Shown one piece after another: positions 22,476-31,158 of a stretch of 31,158 nucleotides of DNA. The notes under the pieces were generated by a model. The model was not told the origin of the DNA. It worked only from the letters and a program-made list of their open reading frames with translations, and made no database searches. Where the stretch lies: NCBI GenBank assembly GCA_002269645.1, contig NIVC01000820.1, positions 1 through 31,158 of the forward strand. The letters are read 5' to 3'. The translations under genes and the position numbers were made by a program. Position 1 is the first letter of the stretch; each line of letters opens with the position of its first letter. The stretch is from Macrostomum lignano. Its lineage: Eukaryota.

Positions 22476-23465
22476 CTATTGAGAGCTGTGCGACTTCCGA
22501 GGCTTCTGAGGCTCCCGAGGCTCCTGCGATTCCCGAGGCTCCTGAGATTCCCGAGGCTCCCGAGATTCCCGAGGATCCCGAGATTCCCGAGGCTCCCGAG
22601 ATTTCCGAGGCTCCATTGGCTCCTTGTGCTTTCGAGACACTTGAGATTTCTGCGACTGTCGAGGCGTTTGAATCTTCAGCGACTTCTCAGACTTTTGAGA
22701 CTCCTGAGGCTCCTGAAGCTCCTGAAGCTCCTGAGGCTCCTGAGGCTTCTCAAGCTCCGCAGGCGACTCCGGAGGCTCCTGCGACTCTTCAGGCTCCATC
22801 AGCTCCAGAGGCTGCAGCGAGTCTCCAGTTGATTTTGACATCCGCGATTCAATCGACTCCACAACGTCGACGAGGTCCACCAGCGACTCCCGCGATGTCT
22901 CCCAGTGCAGCTGCAGGATGCCCTGCATCTCTGACTCACCCAGCAGCAAGGAGTCGTTGATTCGCTTCTGCAGCTGGTGCAGGTACGCGTGCCGCTGCTC
23001 CTCCACCGTCGCGCGCTCGTTGTGCCGCTGGTTGTTGCAGCGGATCCTGGCGCCGTCGAAGCGCCATCGGGCGAGGCTCTGCACCAGGCAGGCGTCCGCG
23101 GTTGATAGCGCGTGCACCGAGGAGTCGCAGGCAAACAGCATGGACAGCGCGGTTGGCAGCTGCACCGTGCGCACCCAGCCGGCCTCAAAGCAGCTGCTGT
23201 TGATGCCCAGGCTGCACCAGAGGCTCGTGTAGAACTCCAGCAGCTCGGCGTGGTGCAGAAATCCCGGATGGCCGCGCAGCGCCCAGCAGGGCTCGGCGCT
23301 TTCATCCCGCCGGTTCAGCCGGAACACGGCGAACGGGTAGAAACAGGTGGGCACGCCCAGGCTGGTGAACAGCTCGCACTTGGACTCGGCCGGCAGGCGG
23401 CCCTGGCCTCTGGTCTGCACCGTCCACTGCGGCAGTTGCGAGCTGGCGGAGAACTCCGAGGTCAT
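22476..23465 (-). CDS. Uncharacterised protein (~329 aa from ATG 23465) with low-complexity E/P/Q/R/S C-terminal tail
   Basis: Long ORF with G/C-ending codons in the first ~190 codons like the other exons here. CAG acceptor at 23474-23476 just upstream of the ATG. No family recognised. Confidence 0.7.
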   Translation of the reverse strand: MTSEFSASSQLPQWTVQTRGQGRLPAESKCELFTSLGVPTCFYPFAVFRLNRRDESAEPCWALRGHPGFLHHAELLEFYTSLWCSLGINSSCFEAGWVRTVQLPTALSMLFACDSSVHALSTADACLVQSLARWRFDGARIRCNNQRHNERATVEEQRHAYLHQLQKRINDSLLLGESEMQGILQLHWETSRESLVDLVDVVESIESRMSKSTGDSLQPLELMEPEESQEPPESPAELEKPQEPQELQELQEPQESQKSEKSLKIQTPRQSQKSQVSRKHKEPMEPRKSREPRESRDPRESREPRESQEPRESQEPREPQKPRKSHSSQ

Positions 23466-24019
23466 GACGGATGCTGGGATCATCAGGGCAGCAGAAAGTG
23501 CTACTTAAGCTTTTGTCAGTATAAAGCAGAGGGTATTGAGGCCACTCAACTTGCACTGGGGCCTCCTTCAGGTCAACAGGAAGGCAGGATGTCTATGGCC
23601 TCAAGATCATTGATTCAGTGCGAAGACTGTCTATGGCCCATCCCCCACTTGGCGCTGGGCTGACTCATTGACTTCTAAAAATAGCATAGTTTGTAGGATC
23701 TATTTTAAAACTGCAGGATATGCTGCTCTGCTACGGTTTAGGACATAGACTAAGCAGTAAGCTTAGCTTGCATTTTTCAAATCTTTTAAAAAGATTGTTG
23801 GGAACTTTTTTAGAATATAGCCCAGAAATTCGCAGAAAAGCAGACAGGAAAGAGCCTTCTGCTTGGGATATTGCTTTTTCACCAATACAACTCGCTTTAT
23901 TGAGTTCCTGTCAGGGCGAGGCTCGAAGATTTATGACGATTACTCAGATGGGCTGAGCTGCTTAGCTTGATGAGCATATTGGCTCAGGTAGTTGAAGTAG
24001 GTGAGCACAGACTGGCTAG

Positions 24020-24200
24020 GGTGGATGAAGTAGATGAAGTAGATATAGTAGATAAAGTAGATATAGTAGATAAAATAGATATAGCATATAAAGTAGATAA
24101 AGTAGATAAAGTAGATAAAGTAGATAAAGTAGATAAAGTAGATATAGTGGATAAAGTAGATAAAGTAGGCAAAGTAGGCAAAGCAGATAAAGGTAGAAAT
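24020..24200. repeat. 9-bp repeat (AAAGTAGAT)n
   Basis: About 20 degenerate units. Confidence 0.88.
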
Positions 24201-24404
24201 TAGCCTAACCAGACGACGGCTCTGAAAGCATAAGGCCTAAGTTTGGGTGCATTTCATAAATTCTCATTAATAATTGATCAACTACTGAGAGTTCACTTTT
24301 CCAAGTAGTATGCATGATAGCGCACTTATGAAGCAGCATTCTTTCGTTCTGAATTATTAAATATTATAGATTTTATCGAAATTCAAAGCAACACAGTTTT
24401 GAAG

Positions 24405-24410
24405 TTTATT
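24405..24410 (-). promoter_or_regulatory. Polyadenylation signal of the secreted Cys-rich gene
   Basis: AATAAA on the minus strand 140 nt after the stop. Confidence 0.5.
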
Positions 24411-24549
24411 ATTGCACAATGCATATGATTTCATGATTTCAGATTCACCGTGTTTATCAGTGCATTGCTTTTGTATTGCGAGGAAAGTATATTATAAACG
24501 TTAGACTATAAATAATTGGGGAGCGAGTTCGGGACCTCAATCGAAGCGC

Positions 24550-24906
24550 TCAGCTGCAGGGCTGAGACATGTCATTGGCCAGGCCCTGGTACACCCTGCA
24601 GTCCGGGCCGCGGTACGACCTGCAGTCTCCATCGTCTGGCGGCAGCTTGCCGGCCAGCAGGCAGTCGCCCCAGAAGCAGCTCATGCAGCTGAACTGCTCA
24701 ATGCGGCCAGTACGGAATGTGCTGTTGGTTGAGCCGGGGAACAGCTTCAGGCAGCTGCTGAACTGCTCGATGTACTTGTTCACCAGCTCCTGGCTGATGG
24801 TGCGGCCTCCGATGACCAGCGAGTCCGTGACGCTGGCGGGGCTGCAGGCCAGGGAGAGGCTGGCTGATGCGGCCAGAAGGATGCAGAGGCAAAGGTTGGA
24901 GAGCAT
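24550..24906 (-). CDS. Small secreted cysteine-rich protein (118 aa), family unknown
   Basis: Hydrophobic signal-like MLSNLCLCILLAASASLSLA, then 8 Cys in the mature part and one NST sequon. GC-rich coding island, gcagccATG context, AATAAA 140 nt after the stop. Confidence 0.8.
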   Translation of the reverse strand: MLSNLCLCILLAASASLSLACSPASVTDSLVIGGRTISQELVNKYIEQFSSCLKLFPGSTNSTFRTGRIEQFSCMSCFWGDCLLAGKLPPDDGDCRSYRGPDCRVYQGLANDMSQPCS

Positions 24907-25154
24907 GGCTGCTGGCAGAAGCTGCGGGAATGTTTCAAATCAGAGTTTGGCAAAGTTGAAGCAAAATTTTGGGGGCGATTTTGGGGGCCTTTTATGCCTT
25001 TCAGTTGCTGGGGATTTGCCACCCACCCGCTGCGTGGCCAAGGATCTCGGCTGATAATCCTCTGTCACCATGAAAGCCTGAGGGATCAGCGCAACTGGAT
25101 TGACTGCCCCGACATGTTCTGAGCTGAGTGGCAGCTGGTGTCAACACCAGCTGT

Positions 25155-25190
25155 GACTGCCGAATTCGACTCCATAAATGGATTTTTATA
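25155..25190 (-). promoter_or_regulatory. Candidate TATA box plus initiator for the secreted Cys-rich gene
   Basis: TATAAAAA at 25190-25183 and GCAGTC (Inr-like) with A at 25158, ~32 nt spacing, ~250 nt upstream of the ATG. Motif evidence only. Confidence 0.4.
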
Positions 25191-25332
25191 GCTTCGAATT
25201 AGTGACTTGGCTACAGCGGATTAACAGTGGCGCTGACAAGGGAGCCGCAGGTCACGTGACTTAGTGGGACACCTGCTGCCTCTCCGTTTGGCAGACTTGA
25301 AAGCATAGTCTAAGGTTTTCTTTTAGTGAAAA

Positions 25333-25715
<383 letters not shown>

Positions 25716-26859
25716 AGAACAATCAGAGCAGCAATGTCGTGATCCGCTTACCGAACTCAATGCTGTGTCAGCAAATTTCACTCTTCTGAGTTGATTGGGA
25801 ATTGCTCAATGCTCCCCGTGTTGGATTGATATAGGCAGTTTATGTGATGCTGTTTATTGCCGCACTAGTAAACACGATAATAGCCCAATAAACATCTTGT
25901 TTGTTCTGAGTTCTGAGTCGGGCTGCTAAAATTAGAATATTTTTCTGCCCATAGAACTCCACTTTCTGAGAACAATGAGCTGCCCCTCTCCCCGCGCAGT
26001 GAATGATGAAGCAATTATGTTAACAGCCAAGGGCGCTGTCGTTCTCAGCACTCAGCAGCCCTGCTGAGCAGCTGTTTCTGTGTGAATAATTGAGTGCAAC
26101 AGCACGGCAACAGCAGCGGATCTGAGCTGCAATGCCTGTTTACGAACTGGCAATTTTGGTCCTGCTTTGAGATGCTAGCAGGCGTCTGTGAGGTGTATTT
26201 CGCCTCGAAGCCATCATTGTCGGAGCGCTCAAGTACGGATAAAATTAGCCGCGTGCCACTGATGGACAGAATTCGTTAATATCAATAAAACAAAAAGAGG
26301 TTTTGAAATCAGAAAATGTCTCTAATTGGTTAAAAAGTCAGGCATATAAATACGAAGACAATATGCATGTCACGTCAAACTTCTCTTGTACTCGGAAGTA
26401 AATGATAATATTGTCCGATTCAACCAGCCTGCATGGGGCTTGAGGGAGAAAAATAAAACAAAATTATCATCAATTCGAATTTTAGCGCGTAGGGGCTTGT
26501 GCACATTAAAACAAAAATTATAGCAATGCAGCAAACAATGGCATGTTAATCCATCAGCTAACGGCTTTAATCCCTGGTTTGAAGACGCATATAGATTAAT
26601 AACAAATATAGCATATTGAAATATAACAAAATATTTACGTAGTTAAACAAAATAAAATATCATCACCTATGTCATCACCCTATCTTGGAGCTTCAATTTA
26701 TAGAGGCACGAGAAATCACCTAGCAACAAGACAGTAAAACAACATACTACTGACAATAATGATTTCAGAAGTAGTATTATAGCATTTTAGCATTTTACTA
26801 GGACTGCTGCCTTGGCGAGCGCTTAATCTTTATGCATGAATTTACTGAGCTATTGAGCC

Positions 26860-27325
26860 CTTAGCTCCCGATCCTTAGCTCCCGATCCTTAGCTCCCGAT
26901 CCTTAGCTCCCGATCCTTAGCTCCCGATCCTTAGCTCCCGATCCTTAGCTCCCGATCCTTAGCTCCCGATCCTTAGCTCCCGATCCTTAGCTCCCGATCC
27001 TTAGCTCCCGATCCTTAGCTCCCGATCCTTAGCTCCCGATCCTTAGCTCCCGATCCTTAGCTCCCGATCCTTAGCTCCCGATCCTTAGCTCCCGATCCTT
27101 AGCTCCCGATCCTTAGCTTCCAATCCTTAGCTCCCGATCCTTAGCTCCCGATCCTTAGCTCCCGATCCTTAGCTCCCGATCCTTAGCTCCCGATCCTTAG
27201 CTCCCAATTCTTAGCTCCCGATCCTTAGCTTCCGATCCTTAGCTTCCGATCCTTAGCTCCCGATCCTTAGCTCCCAATCCTTAGCTCCCGATCCTTAGCT
27301 CCCAATCCTTAGCTCTCGAGCCCTG
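26860..27325. repeat. 14-bp minisatellite (CCTTAGCTCCCGAT)n
   Basis: About 32 near-perfect units. Confidence 0.96.
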
Positions 27326-27428
27326 AGCTACCAAGCTATTTCATAAATTACGGACAGATTTTTATCAATTCTGTTTCACATGCCTTTTGCTCTACTAAGT
27401 AAGTAGGCTACTTTGGGTAGAGCTATAA

Positions 27429-27434
27429 TTTATT
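27429..27434 (-). promoter_or_regulatory. Polyadenylation signal of the EF-hand gene
   Basis: AATAAA on the minus strand ~80 nt after the stop. Confidence 0.55.
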
Positions 27435-27513
27435 GAATATTGGTTTTTTCATCCAGCTCGTAAAAAAATCGTTCGCACTCGCCACTTGCTACTCATAAAA
27501 ATCTCGGGCCCGA

Positions 27514-27741
27514 TTAGGGTGACTCGGCCACGTCCAGCAGCTGCATGACAAACTCCTGGTAGTTGACCCGGCCGTCCAAGTCCAAGTCGAACTCGGTCAG
27601 TAGGATGAACAGGTCGTCTTCGGACAGCCGGAAGCCGCAGCTCTGCACCACGCGGCGCAGCTCCGCCTCGGTCAGGTGGCCCGTCTTCTGCGCGTCGAAC
27701 TTGCGGAATGCCAGCAGGAGGCTCTTCCACTCGAATAGCAG
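27514..27741 (-). CDS. EFCAB6: EFCAB6-like terminal exon (EF-hand pair)
   Basis: LLFEWKSLLLAFRKFDAQKTGHLTEAELRRVVQSCGFRLSEDDLFILLTEFDLDLDGRVNYQEF...stop. The repeated W..L...F...D...TG EF pairs resemble EFCAB6 (orthology inferred). AATAAA at 27434-27429. Confidence 0.82.
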   Translation of the reverse strand: MLFEWKSLLLAFRKFDAQKTGHLTEAELRRVVQSCGFRLSEDDLFILLTEFDLDLDGRVNYQEFVMQLLDVAESP

Positions 27742-27771
27742 CTGGCGGGGTGGCGGAGATTGGCTTCAGCT

Positions 27772-27880
27772 TGCACTTTACTGTGTTTAACTTGTACTTT
27801 ACTGTCTATAACTTGTACTTTACTGTCTATAACTTGTACTTTACTGTCTATAACTTGTACTTTACTGTCTTACGTGTACT
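27772..27880. repeat. 21-bp repeat (TTTACTGTCTATAACTTGTAC)n, EF-hand gene intron
   Basis: About 5 units. Confidence 0.85.
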
Positions 27881-27969
27881 TTAATATTAAAGCAAAATTA
27901 AATGTCCATAAATTTTACAATTCTTGAATAATTATTTTTGTTCGTCATTTATCACAATTCACCGCTCAC

Positions 27970-28023
27970 CTTCTCCCGCATTCGCTCAACGATTTCTTCA
28001 ACTCGAACTCTGGCGCCAGTTTT
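27970..28023 (-). CDS. EFCAB6: EFCAB6-like small exon
   Basis: KTGARVRVEEIVERMREK. ttgcag acceptor, AAG|GTGAGC donor, 54 nt, phase 0/0. Confidence 0.7.
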
Positions 28024-28112
28024 CTGCAACAGGAGCCGGCATCCAACAATTAGCGGCAATGATCTGATACATCAAACAGTAAAAATATTGTCAGCTGTCA
28101 GCAGTGTCTGAC

Positions 28113-28188
28113 CTTGTCGCTGAGCACTGCTCCAGTTCGCTCGTCAGCCTTCTTGACGAATCGCTTCAGAAAGTCCAAATAGTTGAAG
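28113..28188 (-). CDS. EFCAB6: EFCAB6-like exon
   Basis: FNYLDFLKRFVKKADERTGAVLSDK completes the EF-hand split by a 69-nt intron. Confidence 0.78.
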
Positions 28189-28257
28189 CTGGAGATGGGG
28201 ATGGGGCTGGTGAGCGAAATTCGCATCAAATTAATAAAAAACTCTTCTTTTTCTTAC

Positions 28258-28343
28258 CGGCCGTTGCCTCTGGGCTCAAATTTCTTAGAAAGCGTGTCGA
28301 TTTCTGTTGGGGTCAGCGGCAGCTTGAACTCCTGCACCAGGGC
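28258..28343 (-). CDS. EFCAB6: EFCAB6-like exon
   Basis: ALVQEFKLPLTPTEIDTLSKKFEPRGNG(R). ccgcag acceptor, GTAAGA donor. Confidence 0.78.
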
Positions 28344-28389
28344 CTGCGGATGCGTGTGGGGATTGGCTCTGGTTTGCTGATAGTCGATT

Positions 28390-28862
28390 GGACTATGAGA
28401 AGTAGGTACTGAGAAGTAGAATCTGAGAAGTAGAATCTGAGAAGTAGAATCTGAGAAGTAGAATCTGAGAAGTAGAATCTGAGAAGTAGAATCTGAGAAG
28501 TAGAATCTGAGAAATAGACTATGAGAATTAGACTATGAGAAGTAGACTATGAGAAGTAGACTATGAGAAGTAGACTATGAGAAGTAGACTATGAGAATTA
28601 GACCTTGAGAAGTAGACTATGAGAAATACGCACTAAGAAGTAGACACTGAGGAGTAGACACTAAGAAGTGGACACTAAGAAGTAGGAAAAGCTAAGTAGA
28701 CACAAGAGCGAAGACATTAAAAGTCGACGCTGAAAAGTAGAATCTGAGAATTAGAATCTGAGAAGTAGAATCTGAGAAGTAGAATCTGAGAATTAGAATC
28801 TGAGAAGTAGAATCTGAGAAGTAGAATCTGAAAAGTAGAATCTGAGAAGTAGACACTGAGAA
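28390..28862. repeat. 14-bp minisatellite (GAGAAGTAGAATCT)n, EF-hand gene intron
   Basis: Two blocks separated by ~45 bp of non-repetitive sequence. Confidence 0.92.
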
Positions 28863-28883
28863 AGGCTTGGACTGCATACTTAC

Positions 28884-29134
28884 CCGAAACTCTGCCCTCT
28901 GAATGTGAGAGGTGCCCTGGGGATCGAGGTGCCTCAGCACTCGCTTCAGCTCGTCCCAGTTTTCCACGACCACCAGGCGGCACTTGTCAATCAGGGCGTC
29001 GGCTCGCAGATCGACAACCTCCTGGGGTGTCGACAAGCGAGCGGCCGGCTGGGCCCGCGACGGCTGCGTGGCTCGCTGCTGATTGGCTGCCCGCCACTGC
29101 CTGAGGCGGGTCACGTTGGGGTCGGCGGTTTGAC
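28884..29134 (-). CDS. EFCAB6: EFCAB6-like exon
   Basis: LIDKCRLVVVENWDELKRVLRHLDPQGTSHIQRAEFR. ctgcag acceptor, GTAAGT donor. Phases 1/0 consistent. Confidence 0.78.
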
Positions 29135-29204
29135 CTGCAGAGAAAGAGAAAGAGTTCTCATTTTGGAAATTAGTTCGCACCGATCGGCTTCTTATTGGTT
29201 GAAG

Positions 29205-29468
29205 TACGCAGATAAACTTTTAGCCCTTGGCGATCTCTGATTGGCTGATATGGGATACAGGGGCAAAGAGCCTTTTAGCTCTTGGGAATCTCTGATTGGC
29301 TGATATGGGATACAGGTGCAGAGAGCCTTTTAGCTTTTGGGGATCTCTGATAGGCTGATATGGAATACAGGGGCAGAGAGCCTTTTAGCTGTTGGCGATC
29401 TCTGATTGGCTGATATGGGATACAGGGGCAGACAGCCTTTTAGCTCTTGGCAAACTCTGATTGGATGA
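29205..29468. repeat. 55-bp minisatellite, EF-hand gene intron
   Basis: TCTGA anchor recurs at 29236, 29291, 29346, 29401 and 29456. Confidence 0.92.
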
Positions 29469-29499
29469 TGCGGGATGACGTCATACACTGGAAACTCAC

Positions 29500-29672
29500 A
29501 GCGCCACCCGTTTCTGCCACCGTTGGTAGTCCGAAGCCGCTCCTGCGTTCGCTCGTGCAGGTTAGTCATGAAGTAGCGCACCATCTGCCTGTAAGTCCAG
29601 CCGCCCTGAGCGTCAGTGTCCAGCGTGGACCACAGGGTGTCCAGCTCCGAGTCTGTCAGGGTCACGCTGGCT
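29500..29672 (-). CDS. EFCAB6: EFCAB6-like exon
   Basis: ASVTLTDSELDTLWSTLDTDAQGGWTYRQMVRYF (second EF-hand of a pair). tttcag acceptor, GTGAGT donor. Confidence 0.75.
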
Positions 29673-29739
29673 CTGAAAGTTCGGGGAAGAGTTGAGGCTA
29701 AGTGACTCACTTTGGTTGGTAGAATAATTTATTAAGCGC

Positions 29740-30215
29740 ATCATAGAGTGACTTATCAATCGCACCATAGAGTGACTCATCAATTGTATCATAAAGTGAC
29801 TCCATGAACCGGACAACAGAGTGACTCATCAATCGCATCATAGAGTGACTCAACAATCGCATCATAGAATGACTCATCAATCGCATCATAGAGTGACTCA
29901 ACAATCGCATCATAGAATGACTCATCAATTGCATCATAGAGTGACTCATCAATCGCATTATAAAGTGACTCCATGAACCGGACAACAGAGTGACTCATCC
30001 ATCGCATCATAGAGTGACTCATCCATCGCATCATAGAGTGACTCATCCATCGCATCATAGAGTGACTCATCCATCGCATCATAGAGTGACTCATCCATCG
30101 CATCATAGAGTGACTCATCCATTGCATCATAGAGTGACTCATCCATCGCATCATAGAGTGACTCATCAATCGCATCATAGAGTGACTCATCAATCGCATC
30201 ATAGAGTGACTCATC
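29740..30215. repeat. 24-bp minisatellite (GTGACTCATCAATCGCATCATAGA)n, EF-hand gene intron
   Basis: About 20 units. Confidence 0.94.
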
Positions 30216-30241
30216 CCGCAAATCCCAGAACTGTCACTCAC

Positions 30242-30574
30242 GCGCCCAGCAGGCTCCGGAACTGAGCCTTGCTCAGCCGGCCCGTGTTCCGCCGGTCCAT
30301 CTGCTTGTACAGCTTGTCCACCTGGTGGAACCGGTGACGCAGGGCGTCCTCCACCAGCAGGCTGGTCTCACTGACCGGTCGGTCACCCCGCCGGGTCGCC
30401 AGACGGTCCTGCGCTGTCGCCGCTTCCTCCTGCGCCGCTCTGGACAGCCGCAGCTCCTCGAGGGCGGCGGCGGCGGCGCCTGCCGACACGGAAGCCGACT
30501 GCGGGCGGAGCGGCGTGGGCGGCCGCGAGATGCGGACTCGACCGGCTGCGGCATCCCGGTTCCAGGAGTTCGGC
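30242..30574 (-). CDS. EFCAB6: EFCAB6-like exon
   Basis: ccgcag acceptor, PNSWNRD...VEDALRHRFHQVDKLYKQMDRRNTGRLSKAQFRSLLG (EF-hand), GTGAGT donor. Phases 2/2 consistent. Confidence 0.75.
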
Positions 30575-30602
30575 CTGCGGGAGGCGGGCGACAGGGATGC
30601 CG

Positions 30603-31035
30603 GATCTACTTCCGAGTTTCGGATCTACAGCTAGATCAAGTTCCTCATTTAGATCTACAGCTAGATCTAGTTCCTCATTTAGATCTGCAGCTAGATCTAG
30701 TTCCTCATTGGGATCTACAGCTAGATCATGTTCCTCATTTAGATCTGCAGCTAGATCTAGTTCCTCATTTAGATCTGCAGCTAGATCTAGTTCCTCATTG
30801 GGATCTACAGCTAGATCTAGTTCCTCATTTAGATCTGCAGCTAGATCTAGTTCCTCATTTAGATCGACAGCAAGATCTAGTTCCTCATTTAGATCGAGCA
30901 GCTAGATCTAGTTCCTCATTTAGATCGACAGCAAGATCTAGTTCCTCATTTAGATCGACAGCTAGATCTAGTTCCTCATTTAGATCGACAGCTAGATCTA
31001 GTTCCTCATTTAGATCTGCAGCTAGATCTAGTTCC
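30603..31035. repeat. 30-bp minisatellite (TAGATCTAGTTCCTCATTTAGATCTGCAGC)n, EF-hand gene intron
   Basis: About 14 units. Confidence 0.94.
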
Positions 31036-31054
31036 CAACCGGAACCCAGCTCAC

Positions 31055-31158
31055 GAAATGTGGAACAGCTCCAGGAAGGCCCTGTACGGCACGGCACCGC
31101 TGCGATTCCTGAAATCTTGGCCAGCACTTCGTCCAGCTGAGCATCGCCGAGTTCGTCT
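31055..31158 (-). CDS. EFCAB6: EFCAB6-like EF-hand protein exon (5' truncated by window; apparent 1-nt frameshift near 31111)
   Basis: DELGDAQLDEVLAKI, then in a shifted frame RNRSGAVPYRAFLELFHI. TC|GTGAGC donor, phase 2 matches the next exon. Confidence 0.6.

Noticed and set aside
22439-22960. Plus-strand ORF with PEAPE repeats
   Set aside because: It is the antisense reading of the repeat tail of the minus-strand ORF, which has the better coding signature and a contiguous non-repetitive domain.
23967-24203. (DKV)n ORF
   Set aside because: Translation of the 9-bp AAAGTAGAT repeat, with a GTG/TTG-type start and no other support.

Overview
Metazoan genomic DNA (spliceosomal GT-AG introns, GC3-rich exons). 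There are no prokaryotic features, RNA genes or CRISPR arrays. Six protein-coding loci can be supported: (1) the 3' part of a Tbx20/midline-type T-box gene (+, 1-2032, possible last exon 3751-3889); (2) a complete 3-exon parvin gene (-, 10976-7306, ~355 aa); (3) a 2-exon class A peptide-receptor-like GPCR (+, 14240-18445, ~550 aa); (4) an uncharacterised ~330 aa ORF with a repeat-derived tail (-, 23465-22476); (5) a 118 aa secreted 8-Cys orphan protein (-, 24906-24550); (6) eight 3' exons of an EFCAB6-like multi-EF-hand gene (-, 31158-27514). Mobile DNA comprises two small TIR elements with 8-bp target-site duplications (1661-1925, 10676-10768) and a collapsed Ty3/Gypsy relic (~11495-12400). 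About 20 unrelated mini/microsatellite arrays fill most introns and account for most long ORFs in the supplied track. This architecture resembles the free-living flatworm Macrostomum (inference, not shown by the sequence). The most unusual signals are the orphan secreted Cys-rich gene, a 1.28 kb stretch with zero CpG in parvin intron 1, and a tandem array that copies the GPCR exon end plus splice donor seven times. All coordinates were read by eye, and repeat boundaries are approximate.
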